Origin: a virus
Lineage: Duplodnaviria > Caudoviricetes
Reading direction: 5' to 3' (one strand)
Length of the DNA stretch: 64,000 bases
Virus record (IMG/VR): IMGVR_UViG_3300033121_001723
Coordinates: 11,954-75,953 of that record
Position 1 is the stretch's first letter; each line of letters opens with the position of its first letter. The translations under genes were made by a program, and so were the position numbers. Shown in pieces: positions 17,701-27,443 of the stretch. The notes beneath the pieces were generated by a model, which worked only from the letters and a program-made list of their open reading frames with translations, was not told the DNA's origin and made no database searches.

Positions 17701-18460
17701 CTTCTGCTCCTTGCCTTCTCGCAGGACTCTCTAACTCACGCCGTAGATCCTCGCTGGCAACGCGACTGAGATCGATCGGTAGCGTATCAAACTGCACCCC
17801 GGCTGCATACAACTCCAGCCCCTGTACCAGAATCCAAGCGGCGTCTGCCACATTGTCCACGCCGGAAGATTCATAGCCTTCGACCGCGAAGTCTGTTCCG
17901 AAATACTCATTGCAGGCAAGGATCATATCCTCCTTACTGCAATTTCCGTGGCCGGACGCCCGGCGTTTAATCTCGCCGATCGACAAGCCGCAACAGGGTA
18001 CTCCGTTTCGCTCGGCGTATAGATTGACCGTGGCTTTGAAACCACCGATCAACTCGGCCGTCGAGTACGTTCTGGCCATGACCTGTCCGATGGTTGTCTT
18101 GTTGATGGGGCCGCTCGGCGTGAACCGCACCTGTTCATAGAAGATGATTGACGGACGCAGTTCTTCCAAGGCCTTTATCAACCGTACGAACCGGATGGCT
18201 CCCGACTCGTACTGGGCTGCGGACAGATCCAACTGCCCTAAAAATATCGGAGATAGACTCTCGCGATTGATCGGACCGTGCGGATCGAATTCCGCAAAAG
18301 CCAGCCCGGTATTCGTGGCTAAGTCCAGGGCTACAGCCCGTGGCCTTGTCACGCTCCGTGGGTAGGCGGCCAGTTGGCGGACATCCCGGATAACAGGGGC
18401 TTGGGTACCCCCGCGGCTGGACACGGACACAGCAGACGTCTTACGAGCTCTCTTCGGCAT
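17645..18460 (-). CDS. ruvC: RuvC-like Holliday junction resolvase
   Basis: ALDLATNTG, IFYEQV, EIKRRASGHGNCSKEDM, DNVADA. Confidence 0.8.
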   Translation of the reverse strand: MPKRARKTSAVSVSSRGGTQAPVIRDVRQLAAYPRSVTRPRAVALDLATNTGLAFAEFDPHGPINRESLSPIFLGQLDLSAAQYESGAIRFVRLIKALEELRPSIIFYEQVRFTPSGPINKTTIGQVMARTYSTAELIGGFKATVNLYAERNGVPCCGLSIGEIKRRASGHGNCSKEDMILACNEYFGTDFAVEGYESSGVDNVADAAWILVQGLELYAAGVQFDTLPIDLSRVASEDLRRELESPARRQGAEDGGGTSGAGTDTGDPGGQ

Positions 18461-18461
18461 C

Positions 18462-19157
18462 TTAACCCATCAATTCTCTGTAGGACTCGACCAAGTGGTA
18501 AGTCAGTCGGCAGTCGTCGCCTGCGTCGTGGGAGGCTGCCGGGTCCAAGCCTGATTTCCTCCACAGGTCGTAGGTATCGGCACAGTAACCGTCCAGCTTC
18601 CAATACACCCCGGTGGCGCGTACCTCCAGGGACCTTCGACACCATTCGGCCAGCAGCTCGTCACGCTGCGGTGTCATCAGCAACTGCCGACCTTTGGCGA
18701 TCGCCCCGGAGTCAAACACCAGATCCGCCGGATACACCGGCACGATTCCAAACAATTCTTGGGTGTGCTTGGCAATCTTAGGCATATCGAACTGCTGGAC
18801 GTTGTGTCCAGTCAGCCCATAGTTGTTTCGCTCCAGAGCCTGCAACTTGTCCAAGAACACCCGAAATACTTCCTGCGGCGGTCGCCCGTGCTGCAAGATG
18901 TGCGCCATCCGGACTTTGTAGACCGCCCCTTTCTTCGCCATCGAGGCTGTCGTAGCCTCGATACGGCCACGCAACCACTCTTCGGTGATGCCGTTGTAGC
19001 CGATCCAGTTGACATAAACCGAATCGACATCGATCAGTTTGGTGCCCTGCACTAAGGCCTGACCCAACTGTACGATCACATCGTCCGGTGTAAACCCTGT
19101 GGTTTCGACATCGGTGATGCCGTAGTTGACCGGCAACTCTCCGAACTGCCGGCGCAT
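18462..19157 (-). CDS. DEDDh 3'-5' exonuclease (DnaQ-like)
   Basis: TDVETTG (ExoI), GHNVQQFD (ExoII), HDAGDD (ExoIII); start approximate. Confidence 0.85.
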   Translation of the reverse strand: MRRQFGELPVNYGITDVETTGFTPDDVIVQLGQALVQGTKLIDVDSVYVNWIGYNGITEEWLRGRIEATTASMAKKGAVYKVRMAHILQHGRPPQEVFRVFLDKLQALERNNYGLTGHNVQQFDMPKIAKHTQELFGIVPVYPADLVFDSGAIAKGRQLLMTPQRDELLAEWCRRSLEVRATGVYWKLDGYCADTYDLWRKSGLDPAASHDAGDDCRLTYHLVESYRELMG

Positions 19158-19203
19158 CGCCAACCACCACTCCCGCTCCAGGTCTGACAAGATCAACTCG
19201 TTT

Positions 19204-19704
19204 CTAGCTGGTCTTGGCCAGCAACTTGTCGGCAAAGGCTCCCGCCATATCCACCAGAGCCGCCACGCTCCGTGCCTGCGGTGGCTCACCACCCATCGGC
19301 GTAATGTCCTGCATCGCCGAATAGATCGCTCCGAGCATCACCTCGCCCAGCCTAGACATCAAGGCTGCGCGAATGCCTATAGGAATCTCCCGCAGCAATC
19401 CGGCCTCTTCGGCCGCCGTCTTGATGCAGTTCTGGTCCCCCTTGAACGACGAATTGAGGAACCGGGCCAAGGCCATGACCCCGTCAGCCAGATGCCGGCG
19501 GCACTCGTCTTCCGAGACACCCTCCATCAACATCCTGTAATACTCGTCCGGATGTGGCACCGTGTCGAAGTGTGAAGCCACCTTGCGCAGCAGCTCCGGA
19601 CCGATGACGGAGATGTCACGCTCCGGATGATACCAACGCTTATCTCCACCGTCGGGTCTTGCCCCGATCGGTGTCGGTGCTCGCAGCACTGATTCGTCTA
19701 ACAT
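19204..19704 (-). CDS. Hypothetical protein
   Basis: 166-aa ORF, AAGG upstream. Confidence 0.65.
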   Translation of the reverse strand: MLDESVLRAPTPIGARPDGGDKRWYHPERDISVIGPELLRKVASHFDTVPHPDEYYRMLMEGVSEDECRRHLADGVMALARFLNSSFKGDQNCIKTAAEEAGLLREIPIGIRAALMSRLGEVMLGAIYSAMQDITPMGGEPPQARSVAALVDMAGAFADKLLAKTS

Positions 19705-19770
19705 GCAACCCGCCCTTCATCTTGCTTAGGTTTTTGGGAATTTCACCGCCAAACCGGTTCCCGCCCAGGA

Positions 19771-20436
19771 CTATACCAAGGCTCTCCCGCGGAGCCAACT
19801 CAGCAGCATCTGCGACCAGCCCTCCATCTCGTCTCGTCGGGACTCCAGCTCGCCGACAGTTCCCCAGCCTACTTCCGTCAACTCGTCTGATGGTGTCACT
19901 ACCTTACCGACAGCCGATACTTCATAGACGACACCGAAGTGTACCGATGCGACCTCCGTATCATCGTGATTGATCATGGCCAGAGGTATCGCCGACGGAA
20001 GCTCTGGGGCAAAGTTTACCTCCTCCAGGACCTCCCGATGGGCGGCACACCGGACGACGTCCGACAAGCTGCCGACATCCCCTTGAGAGTCAGCAGGCAA
20101 ATCCGAATAGTCCACGTGCCCACCGATCCCGATTGACACCTTTCCGTGCAACCTGGTTTCAGCGGTGCTCCCTGGACGACGGTAGAAGAAATATTCTGTT
20201 TCTCCCGTTTGTGCCCGCTCGCGGGCTAGCAGACAGTACGGTATCGGCTGCTTCCACGCCGGGTCCTTCTCGACAGTGTCCCGTTCCTTGAACGTCAGAG
20301 GCTGCCGCCTCAACCACTCCTCACCGGCCCAATAGCCGACTAATCCCGGCACCACCCCGTAAAATGGGACAACCTGCCCCCTGCTCACCACCAGAATTTT
20401 TCCCAAGACACACTCCTCAACCGCAACGAATTTCAT
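19771..20436 (-). CDS. Predicted NUDIX phosphoesterase (YmaB/COG4112-like)
   Basis: EKDPAWKQPIPY, ETRLHGKVSIGIGGHVD, REVLEEV, INHDD...VHFGVV. Confidence 0.8.
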   Translation of the reverse strand: MKFVAVEECVLGKILVVSRGQVVPFYGVVPGLVGYWAGEEWLRRQPLTFKERDTVEKDPAWKQPIPYCLLARERAQTGETEYFFYRRPGSTAETRLHGKVSIGIGGHVDYSDLPADSQGDVGSLSDVVRCAAHREVLEEVNFAPELPSAIPLAMINHDDTEVASVHFGVVYEVSAVGKVVTPSDELTEVGWGTVGELESRRDEMEGWSQMLLSWLRGRALV

Positions 20437-20477
20437 TCCGACATAAAAATCCGGCCGTCCGGATACAAACGACACAC

Positions 20478-21488
20478 CTAGCTCTGCTGTGCGTCCTCGA
20501 TGCTGAAGCCAAGCCGGCGTAACTTTTCGACGAGTTCGTCGCGTTCCCGGCACCGGGCACCTTGCCACTCCGGAGGGCAGGCGGTAAGTAGCCGATTCAT
20601 GGTGACCGTAGCGATGTTCGGCAGCTTTCGGACAACCTCGATGTCCAAGGCACTCAGTCGCATCGCCTTCAGCTCGTAGTGCTCAAACGCTTGGTAAGAG
20701 CACGGAAACAGATGCTTGATGATCTTTTCCCCGAACGTCGTGGCATACTCCCGGATCTCTTTCTGGGCGTGGGAATCCATCCGCAGCCCGAGGAAATGGA
20801 AGATGTTTCGCAGATCTGCCGTCCACCACAACTTGGTGTAAGTCGACAAAGGGAGGTCCTTTCTCGCCTGTTCTTTCGCGACCCCCAGCTGCAGCCTGCG
20901 GTCGTAGACCTGCCGAGCTTTCTGCTGCAGCTCACGCTCTTCCAGGGACAACAGCTTACCAGGCGTAGAAATGTCCTCGTTGCAGGTCATCGTGAAACTG
21001 CCGTCAGGTGATGCCACGCGGTTCTGTTCCGAGTCGTAGGTCCAACCTTCCGGCCAAGCGGTCAGCGATCCTCCGCTGCCTTGCCGGTTGGTTGTCGATT
21101 GCGTCCTCCAAGCGTCTTCCGGAGTCGTATCGGCGACATCGATCGCCGGACTGTACCGTGTCGAATACTCGTTGATGGACGCCATGCGATGCCTTACAAA
21201 TTGTCTGTGCGCGTCCATAGGAATCATCACTTCGATCGCGACTTGGGCGAACTCTGACGGAGTTCCATGCCGGTGGCGCATCAAATATCGCATCAGGATT
21301 TCGTCGGCCTCTGCTCCCTTGGGTTGCAGGTCGCTGGTTGTTCGGGCGGCCTGCAGAACAGCTGCGTCCCCACCCATCGCATCCTGCAGCATAATGTACC
21401 CGGCAGACAGCAGTGGGAACTTTACCCCCACCAGCTCTTCCACCCGCTGCCTGAACTCCGCCCGTGTCAGTACTTTCTCAAAAGCCAT
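20478..21488 (-). CDS. thyX: Flavin-dependent thymidylate synthase
   Basis: RHRHGTPSE, RHRMASINEYS (RHRX7S), ARKDLP, LRMDSHAQKEIR. Confidence 0.95.
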   Translation of the reverse strand: MAFEKVLTRAEFRQRVEELVGVKFPLLSAGYIMLQDAMGGDAAVLQAARTTSDLQPKGAEADEILMRYLMRHRHGTPSEFAQVAIEVMIPMDAHRQFVRHRMASINEYSTRYSPAIDVADTTPEDAWRTQSTTNRQGSGGSLTAWPEGWTYDSEQNRVASPDGSFTMTCNEDISTPGKLLSLEERELQQKARQVYDRRLQLGVAKEQARKDLPLSTYTKLWWTADLRNIFHFLGLRMDSHAQKEIREYATTFGEKIIKHLFPCSYQAFEHYELKAMRLSALDIEVVRKLPNIATVTMNRLLTACPPEWQGARCRERDELVEKLRRLGFSIEDAQQS

Positions 21489-21489
21489 A

Positions 21490-22344
21490 TCACACTTTCT
21501 TCATTGCTTCCCGGCGATGACAGACATAACACATGCCCATCCCACACTCCGGGTCAAACCACGATTTCGTACCACAAACCACACAATCGCCAGAGATATA
21601 CGTGTCCCTGTGAACACCACCGAGGCATTCCACGTAGCCCACCGGGCAGGCATGACATTCGTGCCGGTATCGCCTCGGGCAGTCGACACCCTGCCGGAAA
21701 CGCAACTTCAAAATTGCCAGATTGTAGTCCTGTAGACTCGCCGGACACCGGACTTCGAAGAAGCCTGGTCGACCGTTACGGGCGAACTCCGGTTCCAGTT
21801 TCCCGTACAGACGCAGCCCCGTCATCTCCTCTGATCGCTGCATAGAGCGTCCGCCGCGGCCGTTGGTAAAACCCAGCTCACGGCCTATGACAGACAAGGC
21901 CCGCCTGACAAACAGCTTTGTCACCAACATCGGACAGGCTGACCCAGCCAGCACACGGAACTGCACCGAGCATTGCGGCTCTCCTCGAAACTCGGCGGCA
22001 GGAAACACCCGCATGACCTGCATCGGAACCCACTCAACAGTTCCTGGGTATACCCAAGCCAGAACAGGCTTATTCTTTTTCAGCTTGTCGGTGTTTCCAG
22101 CAAGCCTCCAAGCCAAGTCATGCAGAAACTGCAATTCCAGTTTGACACCGACATGCTGTCGCAGCGTCTCGAACAACGCCGGCGTTGGTAACGAAGGTTG
22201 CAGTTTCTGGATATCCTCCAGCACCGCTGCCAAAGTGCCGGCGTCCAGCTCCAGTCCGGCGTATTTGAACTTAAACTCGTGATACAGCTTATCACGGACC
22301 TTCAGGATCGTTCCGAGCGAATACCTCGGCAGACTGGCGTTCAT
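21490..22344 (-). CDS. Hypothetical protein with Cys-rich C-terminus
   Basis: CP...CHAC...C...H and CVVC...C...CYVC. Confidence 0.7.
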   Translation of the reverse strand: MNASLPRYSLGTILKVRDKLYHEFKFKYAGLELDAGTLAAVLEDIQKLQPSLPTPALFETLRQHVGVKLELQFLHDLAWRLAGNTDKLKKNKPVLAWVYPGTVEWVPMQVMRVFPAAEFRGEPQCSVQFRVLAGSACPMLVTKLFVRRALSVIGRELGFTNGRGGRSMQRSEEMTGLRLYGKLEPEFARNGRPGFFEVRCPASLQDYNLAILKLRFRQGVDCPRRYRHECHACPVGYVECLGGVHRDTYISGDCVVCGTKSWFDPECGMGMCYVCHRREAMKKV

Positions 22345-22709
22345 GATTCCAAGATCAACAATAGCCCCAGATACTCGCCAATCGGATCTTTTCCGGAGGC
22401 CACGATATTTAACTCCAGGATCTTGGAGTCCTTCGGAATGGCGTGACCCGCCTGTAACAACTGCTCGGCAATGAACAACCTCTCGTAAACCGGATCGTTA
22501 CATACCAGCTTCAGTATCGGGACCCTTGCAGCATCCCCTGCGATCGAGCAAAGTGCCCACTGGTACCTGCCGTCTGCCCATGTCAACGCATACGGCGATC
22601 CGGTACTACCAATCTTCAAGGCGACGCTGTTGTGTCCCTCCGCGACCAGCTTGTCATGGTCGATCAAATGGATTTTTCTGTTCACAATTCCCTTTCTTGC
22701 AGTAGCCAA
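22341..22709 (-). CDS. Hypothetical protein
   Basis: ATGA coupling to the next gene. Confidence 0.65.
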   Translation of the reverse strand: MATARKGIVNRKIHLIDHDKLVAEGHNSVALKIGSTGSPYALTWADGRYQWALCSIAGDAARVPILKLVCNDPVYERLFIAEQLLQAGHAIPKDSKILELNIVASGKDPIGEYLGLLLILES

Positions 22710-23435
22710 CTATGCCGACCACCCTGTACCCAGCGGAGGTTCGGATAAGCCCCGCCGCTTGGACGCACTTTCCCGCCCGTCCGCGTCCGCATTGATATGC
22801 ACACCCGTTCGGAAATGTTTCTGAGTCAGCCCCAGCTGCTTTAGACACACCCCCAACATCACGTCCCCGCCATTGTGCGACAAGGCCGGCCATGGCCACC
22901 CTGTTTCAGCCAACACCGTTCGACGAGCCGCCCACCAACCGCCTGTGATAAATGAAGGCTGGTCTTCGACCGGCTGGCCTCTATACCACGGCTGCTGCTC
23001 AATCCATTGCCGCTGCCCGTTCCTCCAGGCTCTCAACCTGTACATACTTCCAATCATATCGGCAGACTGCAGCTCGTTTGCCACAGTTGACAGCCAGGTT
23101 CCCGGCTCCTTGGTCACCTCCGGGTCCAAATACGAGTCGTCGTCAAACCACATGACGACAGTTCCAACAGGCCCTACGTCAAGCAATTCCCGCATACGCC
23201 TGTACTTAGGTGTGTTGGGGCCGTCGATCAACGTAAACCGCTCCTGCCATCGCTCGTGAAGTGGCTCCAAGAGCTGCCATGTCGCCTCACACGTGACACT
23301 GTTGAAGGCTATTCGGAGCTCGCACCGCTCCGTCGGTAGATTATGAAGCGACTGCAGACAGCGGCGATGAAGGTAGTGATACTCATCGCCGCCGTACAGC
23401 AGTGCACAAACCGTAAACTCCGGCAGGCCATCCAT
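22710..23435 (-). CDS. GT-A fold glycosyltransferase
   Basis: FTVCALLYG, ELRIAFN, VMWFDDDSY (DxD-like), FITGGWWAAR, GGDVMLG. Confidence 0.7.
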   Translation of the reverse strand: MDGLPEFTVCALLYGGDEYHYLHRRCLQSLHNLPTERCELRIAFNSVTCEATWQLLEPLHERWQERFTLIDGPNTPKYRRMRELLDVGPVGTVVMWFDDDSYLDPEVTKEPGTWLSTVANELQSADMIGSMYRLRAWRNGQRQWIEQQPWYRGQPVEDQPSFITGGWWAARRTVLAETGWPWPALSHNGGDVMLGVCLKQLGLTQKHFRTGVHINADADGRESASKRRGLSEPPLGTGWSA

Positions 23436-23469
23436 GGCTCATTATCCGATTAGAGCGTACCGCCGCGAC

Positions 23470-24294
23470 TCAGGCGGCTTCCCCGGCCTCGTCTCCGGGC
23501 TCTGCGTCCTGCAGGATACCCTTCTTCTTCAGAACAGTGTCCGTACGCTTCAAGGCCTTCTTGGCCAGTTCGAGCTGCTTCTTGCAGGCGTCAACAGCTG
23601 CTGCGCCGGCATCCACCAGCTTCAGCAGATTTGCCCGGGTCTTCAGTGTCACCGAGTCTGGTGGTGACTCCGAGAACTGCTCGAACATCGGCTCCCAAAC
23701 TTGGGTTGCCCGACGCACCATTTCCGACAAAGTCGATGAAGCATTCAGTGCTCCGTCGTCCATGTTCTTCGGCATGGCCATCGGCCGTCCCGCGTTCGGG
23801 TTCTTGTTCCCGGTCTCTTCGACCAAGTAGGCATGTAGTTCCTTCGGACTCCAGTGGTTGACCAGGGCCAACCGCTGCCACTTGGCTCGCTCCTTCTTGT
23901 CTGCAACCGTCAGCAGGACAAACACGTGACTGAGGTTCAGCTTGCGGCCGAACTTCGTTTCCGCCTGCTTGAGCTGCTCGTACTCCTTGTCGGTGTACTT
24001 CTCGACAAACGCCAGCCGTTTGTACAGCATATCCGGGTTTTCGCCCAAGGCTTCCGCCAAGGCAACAACCGACCCCTTGTTGAAATGTTCGGTGTCTCGC
24101 GTCAGATCTTGAATCAGCCGCCCTTGGGCTCGGGCGATATCCAAGACGTTCTGGATCGCTTCCCCTTCGAGTTCACACCATTGCTTGTACGTCGGCACCA
24201 ACTCTTTCGGGAGATTATCCCGAGCCTCGATCAATTTCGTGTTTGGCTGTAGTGTCGCCAATGCCGTTACCGTCATGTCTCGCCTTTCTATCAC
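23470..24294 (-). CDS. Helical DNA-binding-like protein (DUF1016 N-terminal/ParB-like pattern)
   Basis: LNLSHVFVLLTVADKKERAKWQRLALVNHWSPKEL resembles LSWSH...LL...D...R.FY...A....WS.REL. Confidence 0.45.
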   Translation of the reverse strand: MIERRDMTVTALATLQPNTKLIEARDNLPKELVPTYKQWCELEGEAIQNVLDIARAQGRLIQDLTRDTEHFNKGSVVALAEALGENPDMLYKRLAFVEKYTDKEYEQLKQAETKFGRKLNLSHVFVLLTVADKKERAKWQRLALVNHWSPKELHAYLVEETGNKNPNAGRPMAMPKNMDDGALNASSTLSEMVRRATQVWEPMFEQFSESPPDSVTLKTRANLLKLVDAGAAAVDACKKQLELAKKALKRTDTVLKKKGILQDAEPGDEAGEAA

Positions 24295-25385
24295 CGTAGA
24301 AATACCTGGAAAGCCACGCTCTCCAGTAGTTCGCGTAGCCGCTGCGACCGCCCGCTGGCGTATCCAATCAGCGACTTAAACAGATCCAATTCTGTCCTTT
24401 CGAGTATTTCCGAGACGTGTGGTGCCCGGCCCAGCTCAGTCCTGGGCAGGAACAGGCTTCCCACAGTCGCCTCGGCAATCTCCGCAGGTACGTTAGCCAT
24501 TCTCAACGTCTGAATCCACCGTCTGCGCTCCTGCGCAAGATACATTTCGTCAGGTTCATCGAACAGCATGGTATCCGCCAGCTCGGCGAGACTGTCTGCA
24601 ATGTCCAGCGGATCTGGCCTAAGGACTCCGACCAGCAGCTGCCGCAGCTTGATCGTAAACCGAGACCCTGTCCGCCGCTGCCGCTGCCGGAATCGAGACG
24701 GAGCCTGCAGACAGGCGCTGCCGTCTGTCATCCTCTGGTACAACAGATAGGCGCGAATCGCGTCATCACCGGCCTCGTCGATGCAGAACGCGTAACCCTG
24801 CCGATAGGGTCCGTCCACCGTGGCGATATCTTCAGACTTCAAGTACCGCAGAAATAACCGGCGGCCAACCAAGCTGGCTCCGGCAAATTCCACGTCATCG
24901 GCGGCATCGCAAATGATGCTCTCCACCAGTTCCATGAAGCTCGACGCTTCAAGGTAGTGGGTTTTCGGTCCAAGAAACCCGTCTATTCGGCGAGCCTTGG
25001 CATCGACCACCATCTGGTAATTGGACAGCAGCGGTCCAAACCGTAGAGCGGCCACTTCATTGAAAATGTTGCAAGCCGAAGTACGGCTAAAAAACTCTGC
25101 CGAAGTGTCAGTGGGTCGAGCGTCTCCAGCGATGTTCTGGACAACCTTCGACAATCCGGGGGCCAGCAGCTTGCAGACGCGTGTAAACGCATAGGATGAG
25201 TACCGCAGCCCGGAGGCTGTGGCCAATGTTCTCGGCTCAAGCCGGACGGACCTTATCGACTCCGGTGACGTAACCTGTGTGTTTCCATTCATTCTGGCTA
25301 GTTCTTCCGCCAGGTTCTCTCGCCCGGCTTTCCCTTCCGGGAAGTCCCAGACGTTCGGCATGTCACACAAGGTTACTGCAGCCAT
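24291..25385 (-). CDS. DUF932-like protein (divergent)
   Basis: YAFTRVCKLL, RIDGFLGPKTHYLE, GRRLFLRYL, QGYAFCIDEAG...YQRMTDG follow the DUF932 motif order. Confidence 0.45.
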   Translation of the reverse strand: MAAVTLCDMPNVWDFPEGKAGRENLAEELARMNGNTQVTSPESIRSVRLEPRTLATASGLRYSSYAFTRVCKLLAPGLSKVVQNIAGDARPTDTSAEFFSRTSACNIFNEVAALRFGPLLSNYQMVVDAKARRIDGFLGPKTHYLEASSFMELVESIICDAADDVEFAGASLVGRRLFLRYLKSEDIATVDGPYRQGYAFCIDEAGDDAIRAYLLYQRMTDGSACLQAPSRFRQRQRRTGSRFTIKLRQLLVGVLRPDPLDIADSLAELADTMLFDEPDEMYLAQERRRWIQTLRMANVPAEIAEATVGSLFLPRTELGRAPHVSEILERTELDLFKSLIGYASGRSQRLRELLESVAFQVFLR

Positions 25386-25433
25386 AAGTCAACCACCAAT
25401 CCGCGGATTATAACAAAACCTCCGCGACGGTTC

Positions 25434-25979
25434 TCATTCCTGCGGCATCGTAGCCGCAACACCTGCAATCAGAGAGTCCAGAGACTCCAAGTAATAGACC
25501 CTGGGCGGGTTGAATTTACCAGTGACCATGGTGAACTTACCGAATCCTTTTCGACGATCCAGCGTTTCCTCCAGATGCGTCCAGTTGTGTAACACAGCCT
25601 CCGTCGCATGAGGCCACGGCATCACCATGCCAATACAAGACTTGGTTTCATCCCACCCGAGATGCTCGATCTCTTCGAGATAGCATCGAAACATGTGCAA
25701 CGAAAACAGGTCGCCGCATAACAGCTGGTTCACCCCCACCTCCGCCAAGTAGGGCACATTCTTCGTGAACAGCTTTAACGGGAAATCCGGCAGGGCTTTT
25801 TTGAGCAACCCTAGATGGATGGGAGACTTGTCGTCAGCCGCCCGCTTGAGCTCAGGAATTGAAATCCGCGGGGCCAGCTTACTCAAGATCCTGCATGTCA
25901 CAACTGACTCGTGCCGGATACGGGATGCCTCGACTTCAGCCGCATCCAACCTGCTGACAATCTCGTCTCGTCGGGACAT
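25434..25979 (-). CDS. Hypothetical protein
   Basis: Start at ATG 25979 (MSRRDE), directly after the palindrome. Confidence 0.65.
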   Translation of the reverse strand: MSRRDEIVSRLDAAEVEASRIRHESVVTCRILSKLAPRISIPELKRAADDKSPIHLGLLKKALPDFPLKLFTKNVPYLAEVGVNQLLCGDLFSLHMFRCYLEEIEHLGWDETKSCIGMVMPWPHATEAVLHNWTHLEETLDRRKGFGKFTMVTGKFNPPRVYYLESLDSLIAGVAATMPQE

Positions 25980-25983
25980 TTTG

Positions 25984-25997
25984 AATTTCCGGAAATT
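25984..25997. promoter_or_regulatory. Palindromic site AATTTCCGGAAATT (copy 5)
   Basis: Fills the 22-nt gap between the recA stop and the next ATG. Confidence 0.75.
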
Positions 25998-26001
25998 GAA
26001 C

Positions 26002-27354
26002 TCAGCTGTCTTCGGCGTCGTCCAAGTTACTGAGACGACACCCACGAGGATACGGGGCTGGCTGCGGAACATCGAGAATAGGAATCTCTCCTCGCCACAG
26101 CTTCCCGAGGTCGCCATTTACTGGCAATATCGGCCGGCGTTCGATAGCCAGTAGCTTATACAGCTCCGGCAGCAGGTGCGGGTGGTCGTACTCCAGGATC
26201 TCTCCGGCCTCGCTGTAAGACACCGGCGACGACTCCGGAATGCCGAGAGCTCTGGACCACACCGTCTGGGCCTTGCACTTGTGCAAATCCACGATCTTGG
26301 AGAGGTTTTTGAACAGCGTCTTCTTCCCGTCTGTGACGTCGAACGTCAGCAGCAAATCGATCGTGCTGGCGTGCCAGTCCCAGAGGAATAGTTGTTCCAG
26401 CTCACCGGTAACAGGGTTCGGCTGGTAACCCCACCTTGCCCTTGCCACGATCTTCCTGTGGGTCGGACCCAGGGAGTTTTTTGAGCACGACATGGCAATG
26501 TTCATACCGCCGCTGTTGTCCGCACCCTCTTTGAGATTCGATAGCCGTTTCATCTCGATGGCCACGGTCTTGGCGAATCCGATCTCTGCCCCACCCTTGT
26601 GGGTGATCTTGGTCACCCCGGGCATCCGGTCGACCTGCACTTCATTACTGTGCTGAATCAGCAGACACAAGTACGGAGCTCGTCCGATACGCCCGGTAAT
26701 GTGTGTGACCCAGTCGCTGTTCAACAAAGCCATAGACGCGTAACCGCGAGCCCCGGCACCACCCTTTTCCTTCAGAAACTTTTCCCGCTCCTCCTGCGGC
26801 TTAGCGGCAGCCACTGAGTCGACAATGCCCACACCAAGCACGTCCATCACACCATCTTTACCGGGTGTTAACCCGTCCACGTCCATCGACACGGCTCCCT
26901 GCCATTGCTGCTGAGATTCGCAATCGACTCGGCTGATGTACTTCAGCAGCTCCGGATCTTGCCGGTAGATCGCCCTGCGTAAGCCTGGCGAGTCCTTCTG
27001 CTCGACATCGTAATATCGGGCGTACCCACCGTATGTCACGATCCAGCGGGAGATCTCGAACGCCATGGCTGTCTTGCAGCTACCAAACAAGCCAGCCACG
27101 GTCAGTACCCGGCTGAGAGGCATCGCCTCGTTGTGGAACAGCCATCGCAGACAGAGACTTGGCAGGGCAATGCCTCCGCAACGGAGCTCCGCTTGCTCTT
27201 GGTTCAGTATCGCGTCACCCCCAAACAGATGATTGATCTGCCGGTTAGCCGCGGCCTGCAGTGCGTCTCTACGGGCGCTGCGTCCTTCCGGCCCTCCGTG
27301 GGCTTGGGCTTTCATGCCGGCCGTCTTCGGAGAAACGGCCTTTTTCTTAGCCAT
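26002..27354 (-). CDS. recA: RecA/UvsX-like recombinase
   Basis: GLFGSCKT (Walker A variant), YYDVEQK, GIVDSVAA (Walker B), LIQH, HKGGAEIGF, SKNSLGP. Confidence 0.85.
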   Translation of the reverse strand: MAKKKAVSPKTAGMKAQAHGGPEGRSARRDALQAAANRQINHLFGGDAILNQEQAELRCGGIALPSLCLRWLFHNEAMPLSRVLTVAGLFGSCKTAMAFEISRWIVTYGGYARYYDVEQKDSPGLRRAIYRQDPELLKYISRVDCESQQQWQGAVSMDVDGLTPGKDGVMDVLGVGIVDSVAAAKPQEEREKFLKEKGGAGARGYASMALLNSDWVTHITGRIGRAPYLCLLIQHSNEVQVDRMPGVTKITHKGGAEIGFAKTVAIEMKRLSNLKEGADNSGGMNIAMSCSKNSLGPTHRKIVARARWGYQPNPVTGELEQLFLWDWHASTIDLLLTFDVTDGKKTLFKNLSKIVDLHKCKAQTVWSRALGIPESSPVSYSEAGEILEYDHPHLLPELYKLLAIERRPILPVNGDLGKLWRGEIPILDVPQPAPYPRGCRLSNLDDAEDS

Positions 27355-27395
27355 TCTCGTTTTTCCCTTCTAAACTCGAAAACCGTAGTACGGAC

Positions 27396-27428
27396 AAGAA
27401 AGCAGCCCCCGAGAACCTCGGGGGCTGC
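27396..27428 (-). terminator. Intrinsic terminator between the ssb-like gene and recA
   Basis: 12-bp stem GCAGCCCCCGAG/CTCGGGGGCTGC followed on - by TTTCTTG. Confidence 0.75.
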
Positions 27429-27443
27429 GGTTACAGGCTCAGA

